This document shows positions 38,665 through 46,799 of a stretch of 49,889 nt of DNA, one piece after another. Every line of letters begins with the position of its first letter. Position 1 is the first letter of the stretch. The stretch spans positions 1-49,889 of the forward strand of contig JAYPGZ010000007.1 of the NCBI GenBank assembly GCA_038127095.1, read 5' to 3'. The position numbers and the translations under genes were made by a program. The notes beneath the pieces were generated by a model that searched no databases, was not told the DNA's origin, and worked only from the letters and a program-made list of their open reading frames with translations. The DNA comes from Candidatus Roizmanbacteria bacterium (lineage in GTDB: Bacteria; Patescibacteriota; Microgenomatia; UBA1406; HO2-37-13b).

Positions 38665-38753
38665 TTCCAGTATACCAGAGAGGGCATCAGTCTGATATAC
38701 TCAACTTGTATATTTTCTCAATATTATTTACACTGTAAAAGGAGGTGAACCGT

Positions 38754-39014
38754 ATGCCAATTATAAAATCAGCAAAGAAAAAATTAAAGCAAGATAAAAA
38801 ACGAACTGCAAAAAATCTTACGTACAAGAAAGGCTATAAACTTGCCGTAAAAACAGCTAAAAAAAGCGTTGCAGCAAAGGGAGCTAAAACAATGAGCTTA
38901 ATTTCTAAAGCAGTTTCATTAATCGATAAAGCCTCTAAAAAAGGTGTTATGCATAAAAACAAAGCTGCTCGATTGAAATCCCGAGTTACGAAATCTGCTA
39001 ATAAGAAAAAATGA
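38754..39014 (+). CDS. rpsT: 30S ribosomal protein S20
   Basis: MPIIKSAKK and IDKASKKGVMHKNKAARLKSR motifs; SD aaggaggtga upstream. Confidence 0.96.
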   Translation: MPIIKSAKKKLKQDKKRTAKNLTYKKGYKLAVKTAKKSVAAKGAKTMSLISKAVSLIDKASKKGVMHKNKAARLKSRVTKSANKKK

Positions 39015-39529
39015 GCAAGCACGTAATAAATCTCTTGCCTGAAAAAAGCAAGAGTTTTACAGAAAAGATTCTATATTTTGCACTGCATTATTTGCGGTAT
39101 ATTGTTGTTATTACCCAAATTGTTGTCATATCTGTGTTTTTCTTTCGGTTTACCATAGATCAGCAAATCGTCGATCTAAAAGAGCGCGTAAATCAGAAAC
39201 AGGAGATCATTAAGCTAACACGACCCATTATTGTAGAAGCTGCAGAAGTTTCTGAAAAAATGGAATATATTGAAAAACAGCTTTCTGCACAAAATACTTT
39301 TTTGGCACGGCTTGACAGTATTTTTACCGTTGTTCCCAAGGAGATTGTACTTTTTGACTTTGATGTTACAGAAAAAAACATTTCATTTAAAGGGAGGTCG
39401 ACAACGGTTGAAGCTGTTAAGTATTTGAATACAGTTTTGCAGAAAAAAAAGGTATTTAAAACAGTGCGTATTGATACGGTGGTTAAGAGTCAGAATGGGT
39501 TTGTTTTTTCAATGGTAATTGATTTATGA
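39011..39529 (+). CDS. pilN: PilN-like type IV pilus alignment protein
   Basis: INLLP motif, TM, coiled coil, VPKEI...ISFKG ferredoxin-like domain. Confidence 0.8.
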   Translation: MSKHVINLLPEKSKSFTEKILYFALHYLRYIVVITQIVVISVFFFRFTIDQQIVDLKERVNQKQEIIKLTRPIIVEAAEVSEKMEYIEKQLSAQNTFLARLDSIFTVVPKEIVLFDFDVTEKNISFKGRSTTVEAVKYLNTVLQKKKVFKTVRIDTVVKSQNGFVFSMVIDL

Positions 39530-40101
39530 ATACTAAAGATTTAATACTCAAGCTTACTCAGGATACGAAAGTAAAGGATTATTCATATGCGATATTGTTT
39601 TTCTTAATTTCTTCGTTTTTTGCATGGTTTGTTATTAAGCCAGTATTGGGTATTGCATTTTCACTTGATAGGCAAAAAAAAGATCTGCTTGTTGTTGATG
39701 CTGTATATGAAAAAAGCTTGAATGAACTTATTGATACTCAGTCAAAACTGGAACTGATTCGCGATCGAGTGCGGCTACTTGATGAAGCATTGCCGGCTGG
39801 TCCTCAAACACAGAGTGTATTAATTTCTATGCAGAGTGCTGCGGCAAAAACAGGAGTAAGTATGAGTAAAATCAGCATTGCTCGAATTAATTTAAAGACC
39901 AAAGGAACTACTGCCGAAACATTTAGTGTTAATGCACAAATCGACGGTTCATTTGCACAGGCTCAATCTTTTATACGGGAATTAATGAATCAGCGAAGAA
40001 TAAAAACGATAAAAGATTTGCGGTTAATTAGTGTAGGAGCATCGGAGCAATCATTGCCTGCAGTACGTGTGAACGTGGTGGTAGATGTTGCATATTTATA
40101 A
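39526..40101 (+). CDS. pilO: PilO-like protein
   Basis: TM, coiled coil, ALP and GSF...FI..L.NQRRI motifs; ATGA-coupled to pilN. Confidence 0.8.
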   Translation: MNTKDLILKLTQDTKVKDYSYAILFFLISSFFAWFVIKPVLGIAFSLDRQKKDLLVVDAVYEKSLNELIDTQSKLELIRDRVRLLDEALPAGPQTQSVLISMQSAAAKTGVSMSKISIARINLKTKGTTAETFSVNAQIDGSFAQAQSFIRELMNQRRIKTIKDLRLISVGASEQSLPAVRVNVVVDVAYL

Positions 40102-40107
40102 TTATAT

Positions 40108-40299
40108 ATGAAACAAAAAGAATTACTCATAATTTCAGTGACAGTATTTATTACTATCATTACATGGATTGTTGCTGATATTTACCATATAAGTACTACC
40201 CAGAAAATTGTTCCTGTTGAAGCGTCGATGGCAACGGTTAAGAAAACGACTATAGATACATCGGTGTTAGATATTTTGCAAGCAAAAACGAATGAGTGA
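40108..40299 (+). CDS. Small single-TM protein following pilO
   Basis: 63 aa, N-terminal TM, operonic spacing. Confidence 0.65.
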   Translation: MKQKELLIISVTVFITIITWIVADIYHISTTQKIVPVEASMATVKKTTIDTSVLDILQAKTNE

Positions 40300-41617
40300 T
40301 TATTACAACTATTATAGGGGTGAACGTCGTGTGCCTGGAATCTTGGCACTTATTTTGGTTGCCATTATTTTCTCAGTTCCGTTGTTTTTTTTAAGACAAC
40401 CCACAAAATCAACTAAAAGTTTAGGTGCGGCGAGTGCGCGACCATTTGAAGTGGTAATGCTTAATGTAACAGCAACCAGTGCGGATTTGTTTTGGAAAAC
40501 TAATACACCTTCCAGCAATATTCTGACTGTTCGTGACAGTAACAATAAAACATTGACAGTATCAGATATTCGCGATACTAATTCGAATAAAAAGTCACGA
40601 AAGCTTCATTATTTTTCATTAAGAAACCTACAGGCAAATAGTAAGTATTTTGTGACAATTACGCAGGATGATACCGTATTGGGCGACGCTTCAACTCCAT
40701 ATTTTACGTTTACAACATTAGCTTCATCTGCAATAACTACCTCGCTTCCGCCAGTGTATGGAAAAATAACCGATGAACTCGGTAAAGCAATGGGAAATAT
40801 GCTTTTAGTTGCAAAAGTAGGTAATGCACATGTATTGGGTGGGTTTACTAAACCAGATGGTAGTTTCTTAGTATCGCTCTGTTGTTTGTATGATAAAGGA
40901 ACAGGTACACCTTTAAATCTAGCTCGAAATGAAGTAATCTCATTGCATTTTGAAAATGAAGCAGGAAAAAAAGCGGTCGTATCTGCGCCTATAACTAAGA
41001 CAAGTCCATTTCAAGAAAATATTATTGTAGGGAGAGAAATTAATTTGACCAATGACTCGCTTGTGGAAAAACCAGTGTTGGGTACTATGACTCAGTCAGG
41101 AGTAGCACAGATATCAAATACTGAATTGAAAATATATTATCCAAAAGATAGTGCGGTAATTCCAGGTAAGCGACCCTTGGTAAAGGGAACAGCTATTGGT
41201 GGGAATGTAGTCAAGATAAGTTTTCCTGTTCATAAGCGAACATTTGAAACAACGACAAACGCAGAGGGTATTTTTGAATTTAGTACCCCCTTTGATTTAA
41301 AAAGTGGTACCCAAACAGTGGTGGTTCAGAGCAAAAATGCAAGCGGTAAGCTCATTTCTATTACTCAAACTTTCACAATTCCTAAAAGTGGGGAAACGGT
41401 ATTGGGTGAAGCAACACCGTCAGGATCGCTGATAACGCCCACAGTAACCGTTACACCAACAGATACGGTAACGCCCGAACCAACAACAGTGTTAATCCCC
41501 ACGTCGGCATCTACACCGGTTCCAACATTGTTGCCAACAGGAATCGATTTTAGTGTATTTAGTATGATGAGTGCAGTACTGATACTATTTGGTGTTGGCT
41601 TACTTTTAATTTTTTAA
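40292..41617 (+). CDS. Surface protein with FN3-like and Ig-like domains, PT-rich stalk and LPxTG-like C-terminal anchor
   Basis: N-terminal TM; NVTATSADLFWKT...HYFSLRNLQANSKY; P..KGTA; LLPTG followed by a hydrophobic tail. Confidence 0.78.
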   Translation: MSDYYNYYRGERRVPGILALILVAIIFSVPLFFLRQPTKSTKSLGAASARPFEVVMLNVTATSADLFWKTNTPSSNILTVRDSNNKTLTVSDIRDTNSNKKSRKLHYFSLRNLQANSKYFVTITQDDTVLGDASTPYFTFTTLASSAITTSLPPVYGKITDELGKAMGNMLLVAKVGNAHVLGGFTKPDGSFLVSLCCLYDKGTGTPLNLARNEVISLHFENEAGKKAVVSAPITKTSPFQENIIVGREINLTNDSLVEKPVLGTMTQSGVAQISNTELKIYYPKDSAVIPGKRPLVKGTAIGGNVVKISFPVHKRTFETTTNAEGIFEFSTPFDLKSGTQTVVVQSKNASGKLISITQTFTIPKSGETVLGEATPSGSLITPTVTVTPTDTVTPEPTTVLIPTSASTPVPTLLPTGIDFSVFSMMSAVLILFGVGLLLIF

Positions 41618-41618
41618 T

Positions 41619-42308
41619 ATGGACATAGGAGGTTTTTTATCATCGATCAGCATAATTGCGATCTTGGCATTGATCGTTACTGTGTTGATTCTATTATTTG
41701 AATTACGTCATCTATTTTTTCACAAGAAAGTTACTGCAAATCCAGATATACCTGATTTTGATGGGAACATGCACGTTGCTCCTGCGCACGCAACGCTGAT
41801 CGATTTAGATAATATTTACCATGGAGTAGTTAATAAATCGCTCATATTTTTTTTGCTTGCCGTATTTGTTGTATTAATATGAATTGTGGTAGCTGGGTTT
41901 TTTTTTGTAAAAAAAAAAAAAAACAACACGACTCCCGCAGTGCAGGTACCCACACTAGTTCCTACAGAAATCATCGAAATTGAGCGTATTTCACCCACGT
42001 CGCCATTTGGCGAGATTGTTGAGATTCCATTTGATTTATCGGGAACACCAGTGCAGGTTACCAGTACTCCTGAAATAACGAGAACAAATTCAGCAACTTC
42101 GTCGGGCTCAATGCAAACATACTTGTCTCCCACAAGTGTTGCAAAAGGAGGGCAAATTGTAGCTACTGCAAGAGTGGTCATATCACAAACCGCACAATCA
42201 ACGATTACCCAAGCAAATCCATCGTTACCGGCAAGTGGAGGATTGTCACATGCTATATTGCTAGTGGTACTCCCGTTTTTATTGGTGGCAGTCGCAATAC
42301 TGTTATAA
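41619..42308 (+). pseudogene. Membrane/surface protein split by an in-frame TGA (nonsense mutation or sequence error)
   Basis: ORFs 41619-41882 and 41886-42308 share a frame. The TGA at 41880-41882 falls mid-TM helix. The product ends LPASG plus TM. Confidence 0.65.
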
Positions 42309-43319
42309 AGTGCAAGGTTGTTGGTTCATCTTACAGCGGATATATTCATGAAGTGCATCAAGATCGTTGTCTTTGGGAACCAATACATACTTTCCAAAAT
42401 ATTCATCTACTGGCGGAATTTCAAACAAGTCTTCAGAGAGGGGAATATTGATGAGTTCTACATTTTTTGAAAGCATGTATTTTTTAACAATGAATGCTGC
42501 AGATTCATTTTCGATATCTCGTTCAATTGCGCTATCTAATTCTTTGTATAGTGCTTCTAATTGCTGAACGTTGCCACTTTTTACAACCGAAATAATTTTA
42601 TTAAAAAGTGCATTAATAATTAATTGCTGTCGTTGGCCTCGTGCAAAATCCGATCCTTGTTCTCCTTGAGCGTTTCTAGAGCGCGCGTACTTAAGAGCAG
42701 TTTCACCATCCATGTGTTGTAAGCCTTTTTCAAACGTAATTGTTTCGTATCGACATGCATATTCAGCATCACCGTTACAGGTGTCATTTTCTTTACCTTT
42801 GATAGGGTATTTATTGTCTACAAATGCATGTTGTACGGTAATATCAAGCCCTCCCAACAGATCAATTGTTTCACTAAACTTATCAAAATCAATTACCACC
42901 CCATAATGAATCGGTAAATTCACAACTGCTCCAATTTCTGATTTTGCTAATATAAGACCGCCTCCCTTTTTTTTAGCTTCACCAAACGCATATGCAGCGT
43001 TAATTTTTTCTTCCAATGTACTACTCCAAATATCGCGAGGTATTGACAGTAAAAAAACTTTCTTGTTGGTCAAGTCATATGATGCTACCAACATTGAGTC
43101 GGTTAAATTTGGTCCATCGTGTATGGCATCACCTTTGCCAAGTAGTAGAATGTTTACCCGATTGTCAGTTGTTTTAAAGCGATTATTCAAAAAAATAAGT
43201 CGTAGAGGTGAATGATTGGTAATTTTTCCAGCAAGATTATATAGAGGAATAAAAAAGTACGCAAAAGTCGCTGTAAAAATCACCAGTAGTAATACGATTT
43301 TAAAACGATGTCTTTTCAT
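42303..43319 (-). CDS. LCP (LytR-CpsA-Psr) family protein
   Basis: NILLLG, LTDS, SIPRD, KINAAY, YARSR and SDFARGQRQQ motifs. Confidence 0.93.
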   Translation of the reverse strand: MKRHRFKIVLLLVIFTATFAYFFIPLYNLAGKITNHSPLRLIFLNNRFKTTDNRVNILLLGKGDAIHDGPNLTDSMLVASYDLTNKKVFLLSIPRDIWSSTLEEKINAAYAFGEAKKKGGGLILAKSEIGAVVNLPIHYGVVIDFDKFSETIDLLGGLDITVQHAFVDNKYPIKGKENDTCNGDAEYACRYETITFEKGLQHMDGETALKYARSRNAQGEQGSDFARGQRQQLIINALFNKIISVVKSGNVQQLEALYKELDSAIERDIENESAAFIVKKYMLSKNVELINIPLSEDLFEIPPVDEYFGKYVLVPKDNDLDALHEYIRCKMNQQPCTL

Positions 43320-43975
43320 AGCAACGCAGCTTTAATAGTAGCATAAAATTCTCGAGGATTTAAAGATGCAGAACCAATGCAAACTCCTGCTATAGAATCT
43401 TGAGAAATATATTCTGCAATATTGCCGGCATGTACCGAACCGCCATACAGAAATGCATATTTATCTTGAGGATCAATTTCTTTTTTCATAAGTAATACAT
43501 CTTCAATGGGTTGATTATTTCCAGTTCCGATTGAAGCAAGTTCTTCGTAGACAATGATTTTTGTATGTGTTGGAATAGAGTCATCAATCGAGCGAACGCA
43601 AATGATTGGCTCAATACCAAATGTTTTTGCTTGTTTAGCTTTTTGGTAAACTGTTTCGTTTGATTCGTGTAATAGCGTGCGACGTTCGCTGTGGCCCAGT
43701 AGCGCATACTCGGCTATACCATACAGCATTTGCGCGCAAACTTCGCCTGTGTAAGCTCCTGTAGAGAATCGAGACACGTCTTGTGCGGCTGTATGCATGA
43801 AAAGATAGCGGTCGGTAATTCGCTTGACGCTTTCTAACGTATGAAAAGGAGCTGCAAAAATAATCGTAAATTGATCTTTAATTTCAGAAAAGTCACCTGC
43901 GGTAAATTGAGCCATCCAATCGCTCGTTTCTTGGTATGACATGTGTGCTTTCCAGTTAGCAATAATATATTTCAT
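43316..43975 (-). CDS. tpiA: Triosephosphate isomerase
   Basis: ANWK, GAYTGEV, GHSERR, YE....IGTG and LYGGSV motifs. Confidence 0.92.
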   Translation of the reverse strand: MKYIIANWKAHMSYQETSDWMAQFTAGDFSEIKDQFTIIFAAPFHTLESVKRITDRYLFMHTAAQDVSRFSTGAYTGEVCAQMLYGIAEYALLGHSERRTLLHESNETVYQKAKQAKTFGIEPIICVRSIDDSIPTHTKIIVYEELASIGTGNNQPIEDVLLMKKEIDPQDKYAFLYGGSVHAGNIAEYISQDSIAGVCIGSASLNPREFYATIKAALL

Positions 43976-43998
43976 GGTATGATTATAGCACCAAAAAA

Positions 43999-45789
43999 AT
44001 GTCGAAATTCACATTTACAGAACTTAATGAGCAACAACGTCAAGCAGTGGAAGCTGTTAAGGGACCGTCGATTATTTTAGCAGGAGCAGGATCGGGTAAA
44101 ACTCGAGTGCTTACTAGCAAGGTGAAAAATCTCATTCAAAATCATGGGGTTAATCCGCAAAACATCATGATGGTTACCTTCACAAATAAGGCAGCAGCAG
44201 AAATGAAGGAGCGGGTTGGTGAGAAGCTTGGCTTTATAGGTACTTTTCACTCTTTTGGTGTACGAGTGCTTCGCCGATATGCACCATACGCACATCTTGA
44301 TCCGGAATTTATTATCTACGATCGCGACGATCAGGAAGCGTTGATTAAAGAAGTACTCGTTGAGCTTGAAATTGATAAGAAATATACCCCTGCATTTTTT
44401 CTGAATCGAATTTCCAGTGCGAAAGATGAACTTATTTCTCCTTCAAAGTACCATGAAATTTTTAAGGATTTTTTAGGGAAAATGGTTGGTCCAACATATG
44501 AACTGTATCAAAAAAAACTAGAAAGAAATAATGCGGTCGATTTTGATGATTTAATTTATAAAGTTGTTAATCTGCTTAAATCAAACGAATCAATTCTAGA
44601 TTACTATCAAAAACAATTTCAGTATATTTTGGTAGATGAATTTCAAGATACCAACTTTGCTCAATATCTACTAACCAAACTTCTTGGTCGAGCAGAAGGC
44701 AATGTCACAATTGTTGGAGATTTTTCACAAAGTATTTATTCGTGGCGGGGTGCTCAGATAAAGAACTTAGAAAAATTCAAAACAGATTTTGAAGATGCGC
44801 AAACATTTTATCTAGAGGAAAATTATCGGTCAACACAAAAAATTCTCGATTTTGCATACGACGTGATTTCACAAAATGAGACACATCCAATATTGAAAGT
44901 ATTTACTCAACAGGGAAGTGGGGAAGAAGTGGTAATAGAAGAATTAGATAATGAGGAATATGAAGCACTATACGTTGCATCGAAAATAGAAGCTATTGCT
45001 TCGCAAAGCAATACAGAATATGATTCGTTTGCTGTGTTATACCGCATTAATGCCCAATCTCGAGCAATCGAAGAAGCCTTTTTACACATGGGTATTCCCT
45101 ACGTATTAATTGGAGGTACGCGGTTTTATGAGAGAAAAGAAGTTAAGGATGTTTTGTCGTATATGCGCCTATTGGCTAACGAAAAAGATTCAGTATCACA
45201 AGCAAGAGTTGAGAAAATTGGTAAAAGGCGCTATGAAGGTTTCAAAATGTTGTATGAACTGCTCCGTGAGAAACTTGCCACAACTCCAACATTGGAAATT
45301 ATAGATGCAATTTTAGAAAAGACACGATATTTGGAATTATATAACGGTGAACAAGAAGATGATGTGGCTCGACTTGAAAACATAAAAGAACTTCGATCTG
45401 TTGCACTTAATTTTCCATCACTACATGACTTTTTGGAGCAAGTTGCACTTGTGGAATCTGAATATTCACAAAATGAGAAAATGAGTCATGAAAAAAAAGG
45501 AGTTCATTTAATGACATTGCATCAGGCAAAGGGCTTGGAATTTCCATACGTGTTTATTGTTGGTTTGGAAGAGGGGATTTTGCCTCATAGTCGTGCTGTA
45601 GACGACTTATATGAACTTGAAGAAGAGCGACGTTTGTTTTATGTGGGAATAACACGCGCTCGTAAAAAACTGCATATTACACACTCAAGAAAACGATTTA
45701 TGTTTGGTCGCCGGAATTACAGTCAGAAATCACGTTTTTTAGATGATACAATTACATCAGTCCCTGATCCTGTAACTGACTGGGATTAA
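43999..45789 (+). CDS. pcrA: PcrA/UvrD SF1A DNA helicase
   Basis: AGAGSGKT, TFTNKAA, VDEFQD, QSIYSWRGA, ENYRS, HQAKGLEF and EERRLFYVGITRA motifs. Confidence 0.93.
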   Translation: MSKFTFTELNEQQRQAVEAVKGPSIILAGAGSGKTRVLTSKVKNLIQNHGVNPQNIMMVTFTNKAAAEMKERVGEKLGFIGTFHSFGVRVLRRYAPYAHLDPEFIIYDRDDQEALIKEVLVELEIDKKYTPAFFLNRISSAKDELISPSKYHEIFKDFLGKMVGPTYELYQKKLERNNAVDFDDLIYKVVNLLKSNESILDYYQKQFQYILVDEFQDTNFAQYLLTKLLGRAEGNVTIVGDFSQSIYSWRGAQIKNLEKFKTDFEDAQTFYLEENYRSTQKILDFAYDVISQNETHPILKVFTQQGSGEEVVIEELDNEEYEALYVASKIEAIASQSNTEYDSFAVLYRINAQSRAIEEAFLHMGIPYVLIGGTRFYERKEVKDVLSYMRLLANEKDSVSQARVEKIGKRRYEGFKMLYELLREKLATTPTLEIIDAILEKTRYLELYNGEQEDDVARLENIKELRSVALNFPSLHDFLEQVALVESEYSQNEKMSHEKKGVHLMTLHQAKGLEFPYVFIVGLEEGILPHSRAVDDLYELEEERRLFYVGITRARKKLHITHSRKRFMFGRRNYSQKSRFLDDTITSVPDPVTDWD

Positions 45790-45792
45790 TAT

Positions 45793-46797
45793 ATGAGAAT
45801 AGAAATTCTTCCCGATGATTTTAATCAAAATTTGTACAATTCAGTTGCTACGCATCCATTGCAATCATGGGAATGGGGAGAGGCACGTAAGAAGATGGGT
45901 ATTCGCGTGCTTCGAATTGGAGAGTATCGACAAGATGAACTAAAAAATGTTTTTCAAGTCACTTTTCATAAGATCCCAAAAACGCCGTTTAGTATAGGAT
46001 ATTTACCTCGCAGTAGCTTTCCAAATAAGGATGTTTTGCATTTTTTACAAAAGGAAGGACAAAAGCAAAATTGCATTTTTATTAAAGTTGAGCCATATGT
46101 AATAAAAGGACAACCCGGACAGCCTTTTCATCCACATTTAGTGAAATCACCTCATCCATTATTTCCAAAATGGACACAAATGCTTGATCTTACGTTGTCT
46201 GAAGGGGAGCTCTTAAAGCGCTTGAAACCTAAAACTCGATATAACATTGGTATTGCGCAAAAAAAGGGAGTAGAAATTCGAGAGATGACAAATGACGAAG
46301 GGTTTACTATTTTTGCTGGACTTTTTTTTGACACCGCTTCACGTCAACGATATTATGGTCACAATAGGGAATATCATCGAATCATTTTTGACTCATTAAA
46401 AGGGAAGATCGCACATATACTTGTTGCTTTGTTCAGAGCACAGGGTAAGCTTACTCCCCTGGCTTGTTATGAGGTCTTTATATTTAACGACGTTCTGTAT
46501 TATCCATATGGTGGCTCATCGGTAGATTATCGCAATATAATGGCGCCGAATTTGCTCATGTGGGAAGCGATTATGTTTGGTAAAAAAAATGGTTGTAAAA
46601 AATTTGATATGTGGGGTTCATTGCCGCCAGATTATGATCCTTCAGATTCATGGAGTGGTTTTACTCGCTTTAAACAGGGCTATGGAACGGAATTTGTTGA
46701 ATTTGTCAGCGGGCGCGATTTAATTATTTCTCAGCCATTATACAAACTGTATAACATAGCACATTCACTTCGTAAGAAAATTTTACGGATGGGGTAA
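45793..46797 (+). CDS. FemAB/FemX-family peptidoglycan interpeptide bridge transferase
   Basis: HPLQSWEWG, KTRYNI, YPYGGSS, PNLLMWEAI, FDMWG and GFTRFKQGY motifs. Confidence 0.9.
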   Translation: MRIEILPDDFNQNLYNSVATHPLQSWEWGEARKKMGIRVLRIGEYRQDELKNVFQVTFHKIPKTPFSIGYLPRSSFPNKDVLHFLQKEGQKQNCIFIKVEPYVIKGQPGQPFHPHLVKSPHPLFPKWTQMLDLTLSEGELLKRLKPKTRYNIGIAQKKGVEIREMTNDEGFTIFAGLFFDTASRQRYYGHNREYHRIIFDSLKGKIAHILVALFRAQGKLTPLACYEVFIFNDVLYYPYGGSSVDYRNIMAPNLLMWEAIMFGKKNGCKKFDMWGSLPPDYDPSDSWSGFTRFKQGYGTEFVEFVSGRDLIISQPLYKLYNIAHSLRKKILRMG

Positions 46798-46799
46798 TA

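Noticed and set aside
41880-41882. TGA recoding (genetic code 4 or 25)
   Set aside because: TGA terminates mscL, rpsT, grpE and dnaJ at the expected lengths, and no other gene has an internal TGA.
46431-46450. Possible decayed repeat insert in femAB (LFRAQGKL)
   Set aside because: No palindrome remains and there is no matching copy in the window.
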